64,000 nucleotides of DNA from Mantamonas sphyraenae STR306. Taxonomy: Eukaryota > Protista > CRuMs. Position numbers and translations under genes: made by a program. Positions 39,807 to 49,100 of the stretch are shown piece after piece; the first letter of the stretch is position 1, and every line of letters begins with the position of its first letter. The stretch is from NCBI GenBank assembly GCA_026936335.1, contig JAPMXV010000070.1, positions 62,001 to 126,000 on the forward strand, written 5' to 3'. A model generated the notes under the pieces. The model ran no database searches. It saw only the letters and a list, made by a program, of their open reading frames with translations, and was not told the origin of the DNA.

Positions 39807-42800
39807 CTATTGCTGTTGCTCCCACCCGCGCCCCACCCACCCCACAATCCTCTCCATCACCTCATCCGGCACTGTCCACCACTCACACGTCGCCTCGTAC
39901 CCATCCATCCCGCCACACCCAAACATCACCTCCCGCTCCTCCATGTTCATCGCCAGCCCGGTCTCCAGCGCCTCGTCCAACCCGTCGCTCCCCATCAACC
40001 AATGCACCGCCTCTCTCCACACACCACTCTCTCGTGCCCTTCTCACGGCCTCGGCTGACCTCCGCGCGCCCAGCTCCCGTGCCGCACGCACCACCTCGTC
40101 GCCTTCCTCCCCCATCCCCGCCCCAATCTCCGCCACCGTCCAATGCCATCCCCCACCCCGCGTGTCAATGTCCACCCCCATCGCCACCATCTGCCGCACC
40201 CCTTCCACATTGCCCTGCGATGCCGCGGCAAAGAGCTGCGCGGCTGCATCACGATTCCGCTCCAGAATCTCATGCGACGCACTCACGCCCTCAACCACAC
40301 ACACCCGCCAGTTGTTCTCGTCAATCTCCACATCCCGCATCCCATCCACAAACAACTCTTCAAACTGCGCCCACGGTCCCATCACCAAACCTTGCCGCAA
40401 CACCGCCTCCACGTCGTCTGGCACCGCCACTCCTCGCAGGTCCAACACTCGCAATGGACACCCGTCTCGCATCACCTCCTCCTTCAACAAAGACAGTCCA
40501 ATTTCCCCAATCAGAGCATCCGTCAGACTCAGCTCGCGCACTTGCGAAGCAAACACCCGCACCGCGTCCACAGGCTGCACATGCACACCGAGTGCCATGC
40601 ACTCCACCATTCCCGGACGCCTTTGCATGCTCTCCACCAGTTCGCTCAGGTCCAAGTCTGCATGCCCCCTGCCCAGATTGAGAACCCCAATCGGCGCCGT
40701 GGCCACATCCACCGCCACAGCTGCCATCGTAACCCCCATCCGCTCGTCTCCCAACTCCACACCACTCACATTTGCACCTGCCTCCACCAGCGCCAATCCC
40801 ACACGCTCACGAGCCTCCGGACCTCCCACCCATCTGTTCGGCGATTTCCACACATCGAGCATCCCCGGATCAGCGCGGACATCCGCCCCACGTGCCACCA
40901 TTTTCTCAACCACCTCTGCCATCCCTCGCTCGATCGCTTGGCCCAACAAAGATGGGTCGCTGACGTCTGCTCCTGCATCCAACAACAACAGAGCAATCTC
41001 CGATTGCTTGCGATGAATCGCTTCACCCAGTACGCTACGCTCCGTGCTTGGCGACACGTCACACGCGTTTGCACCCAGTTCCAACAGCGCACGAACCGAG
41101 CCCACCTGTCCATGCACCACAGCACATCCCAGGGCTGTGTGCCCGCGTAAATCGAACCCGTGCATGGATGCACCCGCCGCACCCAGGGCACGCACACATT
41201 CGGAATGCCCAAAGGTTGCCGCTGCCATAAGCGGCGTGTGATTCCCAAGTGCATGTACGCAGTCTGGATTCGCCCCGGCCTCGAGCAACATCTGCATGCA
41301 CTGCATGTGTCCTGATGCAGCCGCCTCCAGCAGAGCTGTGGAGCCGTTGTCATTCACCTCGTTCACATCCACTCCAGTCTCCAGAAGCATACGCACCACT
41401 TCTGTGCTTCCATTCTTTGACCCACGCGAGAGCATTGTCCATCCTCCAATCTTGATGTTTGGATTTGCTCCCGCCTGCAGCAACATGCTCACAATTTCCA
41501 CGTGGTCGTGGAAGACTGCTCCCCACAAAGGCGTCCTTCCGTCGATTCCTGTAGCGTTCACATCAGCCCCGGCTTCAAGCAGAATGCGCACGCATTCAGT
41601 GTGACCTTCCTTCGTAGAATACGCCAGAGCATTGAGCCCGTCGGAATCTTCCGCATTCACGTCCACGCCTGCCTCCACAAGCTGCTTGACACACGCCGCA
41701 TGGCCACTCAACGCCGCATGCACCAACGCAGTCCAACCGTCTGCGCATTTCTGCCCCGGATTCGCCCCTGCTGCCAGAAGCAACGCCACACTCTCGCGGC
41801 AACCAGAAATACATGCGTACTTGAGTGCTGTCATCCCATTGCAGTCTCCCAACGATGCGTCTGCCCCAGCTTCCAACAGCCGCTTCACCATCCCCGCCTT
41901 CTTCAACTTTGATGCTGTGCACAGAGCGAGCTGTACATCCATGGACAGCTGATCGGCGGGGATCCCTGCTTGCAGCAGGTTCTCCAGACACGCTGAGGAT
42001 CCTTTGAACACCGCCGACACCATTGCATCCCCCCGTTTCGCTCCAGCCTGTAACAGCAGTTCCACCATCTCCGGGTTGTCCCTCTGCACAGCCAATTGCA
42101 AGCGTGTGCTCGTGGGGTCTGCACCGGCTTCCAGGAGCAACTCCACACACGCCACGGATCCAGATCTGACGGCAGCAGTCACACACCCTCCCGATGTGCC
42201 CTCCACATGTCCAGTGTCCCCTCCTGCCTCCAGCACAAGCTTCAGTGTCCTGTGCTCGCCTCGCGATGCTGCGTGATACACCGCCTTCCTCAGTGCCTCC
42301 TTCCATGTTTTTCCGGCCTTTTCCTCGTCCGTTGCTTCTCTTAGCGCATCCTCGACCTCGTGATGTCTCCCTTTCTCTGCTCCCTGCACCAGGCGCACAT
42401 GAGCTGGGTGTGTCCTCTGCCGCCGAGCTCTGCGTGCCGCTCGTTTCTCTGCCCGCGCCTCCTTGGATAGCCGTGACTCTTCTTTCTGCTGCTTTGCAAC
42501 CACGGTTTCCGGGTGTTTGCCTGTCCTCGTCGACGCCTTCCTGCCGCCTCCAAACCGCCCTTCCTTCCGCCTCCCAGACCCTTTCGTCACCGTCAGCCAC
42601 TCTGCCACGCGTTCCACACACTTGGTACTCAGTTGCACATCCTCTGCAATCAACAGTGTCATCTCCACAGCCATGTCCTCCTCGTCCCCCACCGCAAAGT
42701 GCACACTCCGTTCCCACCCCACCACACGTCGTTCCCTCTCTCGTCCACCTCCATAGCACATCTCCCGCATCCACTCTCTTCCCCTCTCTCCATTCTCCCA

Positions 42801-43142
42801 CACCCGCCAACCTGTTGCCAGCACTGCACTCCGCGTGTACTCGCGTTCCACACGCGACGTATCCGCCCCAAACTGCACCAGCACCCACACACACTCGTAC
42901 TGCTCCTTCTCCACCGCCTGCTCCACTGCACTCTTCCCACCCCCATCCACGGCCTCCACATCTGCCCCATGTCCACACAGCACCCATGCCTTGTCTGCAC
43001 GCCCGCTTGTACACGCCACCATCAACCCCGTCCTCCCCGTCTCCTCCTCCTTCTCATTCACATCCACTCCACCCTCCCTCAACGCCTCTACGACCTTGTC
43101 CACGCTGCCCCATCGTCCACACAGTGAGAGCAGACTCGTCAT
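39807..43142 (-). CDS. Ankyrin-repeat + LRR protein, array copy 5
   Basis: Intact paralog with the same architecture. Confidence 0.88.
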   Translation of the reverse strand: MTSLLSLCGRWGSVDKVVEALREGGVDVNEKEEETGRTGLMVACTSGRADKAWVLCGHGADVEAVDGGGKSAVEQAVEKEQYECVWVLVQFGADTSRVEREYTRSAVLATGWRVWENGERGREWMREMCYGGGRERERRVVGWERSVHFAVGDEEDMAVEMTLLIAEDVQLSTKCVERVAEWLTVTKGSGRRKEGRFGGGRKASTRTGKHPETVVAKQQKEESRLSKEARAEKRAARRARRQRTHPAHVRLVQGAEKGRHHEVEDALREATDEEKAGKTWKEALRKAVYHAASRGEHRTLKLVLEAGGDTGHVEGTSGGCVTAAVRSGSVACVELLLEAGADPTSTRLQLAVQRDNPEMVELLLQAGAKRGDAMVSAVFKGSSACLENLLQAGIPADQLSMDVQLALCTASKLKKAGMVKRLLEAGADASLGDCNGMTALKYACISGCRESVALLLAAGANPGQKCADGWTALVHAALSGHAACVKQLVEAGVDVNAEDSDGLNALAYSTKEGHTECVRILLEAGADVNATGIDGRTPLWGAVFHDHVEIVSMLLQAGANPNIKIGGWTMLSRGSKNGSTEVVRMLLETGVDVNEVNDNGSTALLEAAASGHMQCMQMLLEAGANPDCVHALGNHTPLMAAATFGHSECVRALGAAGASMHGFDLRGHTALGCAVVHGQVGSVRALLELGANACDVSPSTERSVLGEAIHRKQSEIALLLLDAGADVSDPSLLGQAIERGMAEVVEKMVARGADVRADPGMLDVWKSPNRWVGGPEARERVGLALVEAGANVSGVELGDERMGVTMAAVAVDVATAPIGVLNLGRGHADLDLSELVESMQRRPGMVECMALGVHVQPVDAVRVFASQVRELSLTDALIGEIGLSLLKEEVMRDGCPLRVLDLRGVAVPDDVEAVLRQGLVMGPWAQFEELFVDGMRDVEIDENNWRVCVVEGVSASHEILERNRDAAAQLFAAASQGNVEGVRQMVAMGVDIDTRGGGWHWTVAEIGAGMGEEGDEVVRAARELGARRSAEAVRRARESGVWREAVHWLMGSDGLDEALETGLAMNMEEREVMFGCGGMDGYEATCEWWTVPDEVMERIVGWVGRGWEQQQ

Positions 43143-43161
43143 CCTCGTTCCTAGACAACCT

Positions 43162-46100
43162 CTATTGCTGTTGCTCCCACCCGCGCCCCACCCACCCCAC
43201 AATCCTCTCCATCACCTCATCCGGCACTGTCCACCACTCACACGTCGCCTCGTACCCATCCATCCCGCCACACCCAAACATCACCTCCCGCTCCTCCATG
43301 TTCATCGCCAGCCCGGTCTCCAGCGCCTCGTCCAACCCGTCGCTCCCCATCAACCAATGCACCGCCTCTCTCCACACACCACTCTCTCGCGCCCCTTCCA
43401 CAGCATCGGCTGACCTCCGCGCGCCCAGTTCCCGTGCCACACGCACCACCTCGTCGCCTTCCCCCCCCATCCACGCTCCAATCTCCAACACTGTATCATC
43501 ATCTCCCCCACCACGCGTGTTGATGTCCATCCCCATCGCCACCATCTGCCGCACCCCTTCCACATTGCCCTGCTTTGCAGCCTCTCCCAGTTGCACTGTC
43601 GCGTCTCTGTTCCGCTGCACAATCGCTTTTGAGCTCTCACCCACCCCTTCCAATGGCATGTGTACCCCACCCACATGACACGCTCGCCAGTTGTTCCCAT
43701 CCACGTGCACATTCCGCATTCCATCCACCATCAGCACTTCCAACTGTGCCCACGGTCCAACCATCACACACTGCCGCAACACCGCCTGGACATCGTCTGG
43801 GACCACGGTGGAAGCGGAAGCAAACACCCGTAGTGGACACGTGTCTCGCATCAGCGCTTCTTTCAGCGCTTCCCACCCGATCTCGTCAATCTCACACCGT
43901 TCCAAGGCCAGAACCCCCACTTGCGACGCAAACACGCCCACCGCATCTGCCGGCTGCACCCGCACGTCCGTCAAACCCAGGCTCTCTACCATCCCCGGTC
44001 GCCTCTTCAAGCTCGCCGCCAGCTCAGATACGTCCATGTCTTTCGGGGTGCTGCTCCCAAGGCAGACGAGCGCAATAGGCGCCGTGGCGACATCCACCGC
44101 CACAGCTGCCATCGTAACCCCCATCCGCTCGTCTCCCAACTCCATGCCACTCACATCTGCACCGGCACGCACCAATAGCATCCCCACGCGATCATGTGTC
44201 TCTGGAGCTTCGATCCAGCTGTTGCTCCAGAGAATCAGCAACCTCATGCCCGCGTCTCGCACCCTCGCACCACGTGCCACCAGCTCTTCCACCACGTCTT
44301 CCATCTCCTTTTTGATCGCCTGTTCCAACAAGGATAGGTCGCTGACGTCTGCCCCTCCATCCAACAACAACAGCGCAATCTCCGATTGCTTGCGATGAAT
44401 CGCTTCACCCAGTACGCTACGCTCCGTTCTACGTATCACGTCACACGCGTTTGCACCCAGTTCCAACAGCACACGCACAGAATCCACATGTCCTCGAACC
44501 ACAGCCCATCCCAGGGCTGTGCTTCCGTCTTTGTCGACAGCGTGCATGGATGCACCCGCCTCACACAGTACACGCACACATTCGGAATGCCCATACGATG
44601 CCGCTGCCATAAGCGGCGTGTAGCGGCCCTGGGTACGCACACAGTCTGGATTCGCCCCGGCCTCGAGCAACATCTGCACGCATTGCTCGCTTCCTGACCC
44701 AGCCGCCTCAAACAGAGCTGTGGAACCGTCGTCATTCACCTCGTTCACATCCACTCCAGTCTCCAGAAGCATACGCACCACTTCTGTGCTTCCATTCTTT
44801 GACCCACGCGAGAGCATTGTCTCCCCGTTGTACAGGACGTTTGGATTTGCTCCCGCCTGCAGCAACATGCTCACAATCTCCACGTGGTCGTGGAAGACTG
44901 CTCCCCACAAAGCCGTCCACCCGTCGATTCCTGTGGCGTTCACATCAGCCCCGGCTTCAAGCAGAGTGCACACGCATTCAGTGTGACCTTCCAGTGCGGA
45001 AAAGAACAGGGCAGTGGATCCCATGCCCTGATGCATCTCCACGTCCACGCCCGCCTCCACAAGCTGCTGCACGCACGCCGTACGGCCTTCCAACGCCGCG
45101 TAAATCAACACAGGCACACCGTCTGCGGATTTCTGCCCCGGATTCGCCCCTGCTGCCAGAAGCAACGCCACACTCTCGTGGCAACCAGAAATGCATGCGT
45201 GCACGAGTGCTGTCATCCCATTGCAGTCTCCCAGCGATGCGTCTGCCCCAGCTTCCAACAGCCGCTTCACCATCCCCGCCTTCTTCAACCTTGATGCCAA
45301 GCCCAGAGCGAGGTGTCTACCCACAGCCCGCTGATCGGCGGGGATCCCAGCCTGCAGTAGCTTCTCCAGACACGCTGAGGATCCTGCGGTCACCGCCGAC
45401 ACCACGGCCCCCTCCGTGTCCGCCCCAGCCTTTAGCAGCAGTTCCACCATCTCCGGGTTGTCTCTCTCCACAGCCATTTGCACGCGTGTGCTCGTGGGGT
45501 CTGCACCGGCGTCCAGGAGCAACTCCACACACGCCACAGATCCAGATCTGATCGCAGCAGTCACACACCCTCCTGATGTGCCCTCCACATGTCCAGTGTC
45601 CCCTCCTGCCTCCAGCACAAGCTTCAGTGTCCTGTGCTCGCCTCGGGATGCTGCGTGATACACAGCCTTTCTCAGTGCCTCCTTCCATGTCTTTCCGGCC
45701 ATTTCCTCTTCCGTTGCTTCTCTTAGCGCATCCTCGACCTCGTGATGTCTCCCTTTCTCTGCTCCCAGCACCAGGCGCACGTGAGCTGGGTAGGTCCCCC
45801 GCCGCTGAGCCATCCTTGCTGCACGCGCTGCTCGTTTCTCTGCCCGCGCCTCCTTGGATAGCCGTGGCTCTTCTTCCTGCACCTTTGCACCGACGGTTTC
45901 TGGGTGTTTGCCTGTCCTCGTCGACGCCTTCCTGCCGCCTCCAAACCGCCCTTCCTTCCGCCTCCCAGACCCTTTCGTCACCGTCAGCCACTCTGCCACG
46001 CGTTCCACACACTTGGTACTCAGTTGTACATCCTCTGCAATCAACAGTGTCATCTCCACAGCCATGTCCTCCTCGTCCCCCACCGCAAAGTGCACACTCC

Positions 46101-46533
46101 GTTCCCACCCCACCACACGTCGTTCCCTCTCTCGTCCGACTCCATAGCACATCTCCCGCATCCACTCTCTTCCCCTCTCTCCCTCCTCCCACACCCGCCA
46201 CCCTGTTGCAAGCACTGCACTCCGCGTGTACTCGCGTTCCACACGCGACGTATCCGCCCCAAACTGCACCAGCACCCACACACACTCGTACTGCTCCTTC
46301 TCCACCGCCTGCTTCACTGCACTCTTCCCACTCCCATCCACAGCCTCCACATCTGCCCCATGTCCACACAGCACCCATGCCTTGTCTGCACGCCCGCTTG
46401 CACACGCCACCATCAACCCCGTCCTCCCCGTCTCCTCCTCCTGCTCATTCACATCCACTCCACCCTCCCTCAACGCCTCTATGACCTTGTCCACGCTGCC
46501 CCATCGTCCACACAGTGAGAGCAGACTCGTCAT
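43162..46533 (-). CDS. Ankyrin-repeat + LRR protein, array copy 6
   Basis: Intact paralog with a diverged LRR segment. Confidence 0.88.
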   Translation of the reverse strand: MTSLLSLCGRWGSVDKVIEALREGGVDVNEQEEETGRTGLMVACASGRADKAWVLCGHGADVEAVDGSGKSAVKQAVEKEQYECVWVLVQFGADTSRVEREYTRSAVLATGWRVWEEGERGREWMREMCYGVGRERERRVVGWERSVHFAVGDEEDMAVEMTLLIAEDVQLSTKCVERVAEWLTVTKGSGRRKEGRFGGGRKASTRTGKHPETVGAKVQEEEPRLSKEARAEKRAARAARMAQRRGTYPAHVRLVLGAEKGRHHEVEDALREATEEEMAGKTWKEALRKAVYHAASRGEHRTLKLVLEAGGDTGHVEGTSGGCVTAAIRSGSVACVELLLDAGADPTSTRVQMAVERDNPEMVELLLKAGADTEGAVVSAVTAGSSACLEKLLQAGIPADQRAVGRHLALGLASRLKKAGMVKRLLEAGADASLGDCNGMTALVHACISGCHESVALLLAAGANPGQKSADGVPVLIYAALEGRTACVQQLVEAGVDVEMHQGMGSTALFFSALEGHTECVCTLLEAGADVNATGIDGWTALWGAVFHDHVEIVSMLLQAGANPNVLYNGETMLSRGSKNGSTEVVRMLLETGVDVNEVNDDGSTALFEAAGSGSEQCVQMLLEAGANPDCVRTQGRYTPLMAAASYGHSECVRVLCEAGASMHAVDKDGSTALGWAVVRGHVDSVRVLLELGANACDVIRRTERSVLGEAIHRKQSEIALLLLDGGADVSDLSLLEQAIKKEMEDVVEELVARGARVRDAGMRLLILWSNSWIEAPETHDRVGMLLVRAGADVSGMELGDERMGVTMAAVAVDVATAPIALVCLGSSTPKDMDVSELAASLKRRPGMVESLGLTDVRVQPADAVGVFASQVGVLALERCEIDEIGWEALKEALMRDTCPLRVFASASTVVPDDVQAVLRQCVMVGPWAQLEVLMVDGMRNVHVDGNNWRACHVGGVHMPLEGVGESSKAIVQRNRDATVQLGEAAKQGNVEGVRQMVAMGMDINTRGGGDDDTVLEIGAWMGGEGDEVVRVARELGARRSADAVEGARESGVWREAVHWLMGSDGLDEALETGLAMNMEEREVMFGCGGMDGYEATCEWWTVPDEVMERIVGWVGRGWEQQQ

Positions 46534-46552
46534 CCTCGTTCCTCGACAACCT

Positions 46553-46665
46553 CTATTGCTGTTGCTCCCACCCGCGCCCCACCCACCCCACAATCCTCTC
46601 CATCACCTCATCCGGCACTGTCCACCACTCCCACGTCGCTTGCCACCCACCACCCATCCATCCGC
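46553..46665 (-). pseudogene. Relic 3' end of a seventh array unit
   Basis: Encodes QATWEWWTVPDEVMERIVGWVGRGWEQQQ-stop, near-identical to the array gene ends, with no upstream CDS. Confidence 0.75.
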
Positions 46666-46742
46666 ATCATCATCAGCCCCACCCTCGTTGTCCAGGCACC
46701 ACCAAACTACCCCCCCCCTCCCCCAAACAAACACAAACAACA

Positions 46743-47958
46743 ATGAGCTCGCACAGCCGGTTCCGAGCCGCGTGGAAGGAGCTCTTGCATGGTGGAGACG
46801 CCGACGAGATCGCAAAGGCATTGACAGAGGTGGGCGAGGTAGGCAACCCGACACGCGCTCCCCGTCGCCTGCGCTCACCCCCGCCATCAGCACCTGAACC
46901 TGCACAGGGCTCACATCAGCGACGGCGAAGCAGTGGCGCTGGCCGCCGCTGTCAGTCGGTGCACCACGCTGGAACGCATCATCCTCCACAGCAACACCGT
47001 CGGTGACAAGGGCGCAGCCGCGCTGGGGCAGGCCCTGCGCACAAACAACAGCTTGCAATCACTGAACCTCATGCACAACCGGGTGGGCGCCGTCGGGGCA
47101 GAGGCGTTGGCGCAGGGGCTGGCGCTGAACAGCAGCCTCCTGGTGCTGGACCTCGGCGGAACCAGCATCGGGCCGCGCGGAGCGCAAGCCCTGGCCAAGG
47201 CGCTGCTGGCAAATTCCAGCCTGCAAACACTCCAGCTGTGGAGAGCCAACGTGGGCGAGGAGGGCGCCGTGGCACTCGCGGCGGCGCTGGAAGAAAACAC
47301 CAGCGTGCAGCAAGTCGAACTCGGCTGCAACCTCATCGGCGACCTCGGCGCTGAAGCATTGGCCTGCACCCTGCGTGTCAACTCCACGCTGCAGGTGCTC
47401 GGCCTGCTGCACAACAATATCGGCGCCCCCGGTGCTGAAGCTCTGGCTCAGGCTCTGCTGCGGAACACCGCGTGCTGGGCCCTCGCCGGCGTCGACGTCG
47501 ACGACAACCGCATCGAAACGCTCACAGAGCGCAACTGGAGCCACGGCGCTCGCTTTGTCGCTTCCGCCGCCGCAGGCAATGTGCAGGCAATGCAAGAGCT
47601 GCGCGCGTGGGGCGTGCCCGTCGACACCTGCGCCGCAGAGCAGGAGAGCGCCCTCGAGGCCGCGATGGCACACGAGCGCGAGGCCGCTGTCGACCAGCTG
47701 CTGCAATGGGGCGCACGCGTCAGCCCCGCAGCCACAGCCATCGCCAAAAGGGCATGGAGAAAGGCCTGGCATTGGATGCGGCCCCGCGACGACTGGGTGG
47801 ACCAGACCTTGCTCGTCGCACTGGTCATGAATGGGGTCGAGAGGGAGGTCATGTTTGCGTGTGGAGGGATGGACGGGTACGAAGCGACTGCAGAGTGGGT
47901 GACACTCCCGGACGAGGTCATGGAGAGGGTGCTGAGGTGGGTCGGGAGCGCTGGGTGA
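46743..47958 (+). CDS. RNI/NLRC3-type LRR protein with the same C-terminal ankyrin + F-box-like domain as the array genes; one intron
   Basis: join(46743..46838, 46891..47958); intron GTAGGC..CAG (alternative donor at 46830). 28-aa LRRs (L..LNL..N.VG..GA.ALA.AL..N.SL). C-terminus EREVMFACGGMDGYEATAEWVTLPDEVMERVLRWV. Confidence 0.85.
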
Positions 47959-48450
47959 CGTCAGGGGGGGGAGTGGGCGGGAAGTGGGCGGGAAGTGGGG
48001 GGAAGGGGGGGAAGGGGGGGGGGGGGGAAGGGGGGAGGGGGGGGGGGGGAGCTGGACCAAAGGTCGGCGGTGCAGAGGTGTGAGGTGAGGAAGGTGGAAG
48101 CACGGTGTGCGGTGCGGTGGCGTGGAGCGACGGCCATAGCGATAACGGAGATAGGGAGGGGACATGGGTGTCGCCGTCGATGGTGTTCATGGGAGACGTG
48201 GCACGTTTCAACGTGCGAGGTTCGACGTGAGAAAAATTCCGGATTTCCGACGCAGGGCCGCTCAGATGCGGTCGAATGCATCATGGGCATCACACTATGG
48301 TCGTGACTGAATGCTGATTGGTGAAGGGTATGAGTGAGATGGGCATCAGGAGCGGAATTCGGACGATTTGGTGGGAGGTTTAGATGCTGAACCGCGAATT
48401 GAGCAAGAGTAGTGTAACCACTTGGGTACAGGTTTAAAGGGTTACTATAC

Positions 48451-48535
48451 GTATGATTCGCGCTTCGGATGCGCGAGGTCCCGGGTTCGATTCCCGGGTC
48501 GCCCCTTGTGTTCACACAGGGCGGCTGGTCTAGTG
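48451..48535 (+). tRNA. Circularly permuted tRNA-Pro(CGG): 3' half 48451-48505, 13-nt spacer, 5' half 48519-48535
   Basis: 5' half GGGCGGCTGGTCTAGTG plus 3' half GTATGATTCGCGC-TTCGGAT-GCGCGAGGTCCCGGG-TTCGATT-CCCGGGTCGCCCC gives a 72-nt cloverleaf. Acceptor GGGCGGC/GTCGCCC; anticodon CGG at 48466-48468. Confidence 0.88.
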
Positions 48536-48548
48536 TTCTGCCCTAACC

Positions 48549-48557
48549 TTTCTTTTT
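48549..48557 (+). terminator. Putative Pol III terminator (TTTCTTTTT)
   Basis: T-tract 13 nt downstream of the 5' half, i.e. after the whole permuted gene; mirrored at 56192-56200. Confidence 0.6.
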
Positions 48558-48644
48558 GCCACTGATCCGTTCCTTGATCGGCTGGTTACGACTGTCAGCA
48601 CGTTGGTGCTCGTCCTTTGATGTTCCTCCTCGTGCATGCTCCCA

Positions 48645-49100
48645 TCCTGCTCTGCTGCTCCACACGCACGGCCCTTGGGCTGGCGATGCTCCACCTCGCT
48701 GATTCCCGTACTTCGTCAACAACATCTGTCTTTCATCGCCCACATGTGAGCTGCCACCACGTTGCTGCTCGGAATGTCTTTCGATATTCCTCCCCGCACA
48801 TGCTCCCTATCGTGCTGCGTTGCTCCTCACACACGGGGCCCTTGGGCTGCAGGTTTGCCCCACCCCACCGTTCCTATCCCCGCTCTTCGTCAACAACATC
48901 TGTTTTTCATCGCCTGCTTGTAACCTGCCACACCACGCATTCTTCTCTTTCGGTCTCTCTCGACCTGTATTGACTCTCCCCTGCTATGCTGTTGCTCACA
49001 CAGGGTGGCGCTGCTCGGTTGACTTGTCAACCATTGCTTCGACTCCCATCGTCAACAACACCTGCGACTCATCATCGACTACATATATGAGCTGCCACAC
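48645..49100. repeat. Three degenerate ~160-175-bp repeats within the inverted arm
   Basis: CGTCAACAAC(A/C)..CTG..TCATCG recurs at 48714, 48888 and 49050; CACAC..GGCCCTTGGGCTG occurs twice. Mirrored in the right arm. Confidence 0.65.

Noticed and set aside
48400-48505. Ordinary intron-containing tRNA with an upstream 5' exon
   Set aside because: No upstream sequence complements the acceptor 3' strand, whereas the downstream 17-mer does.
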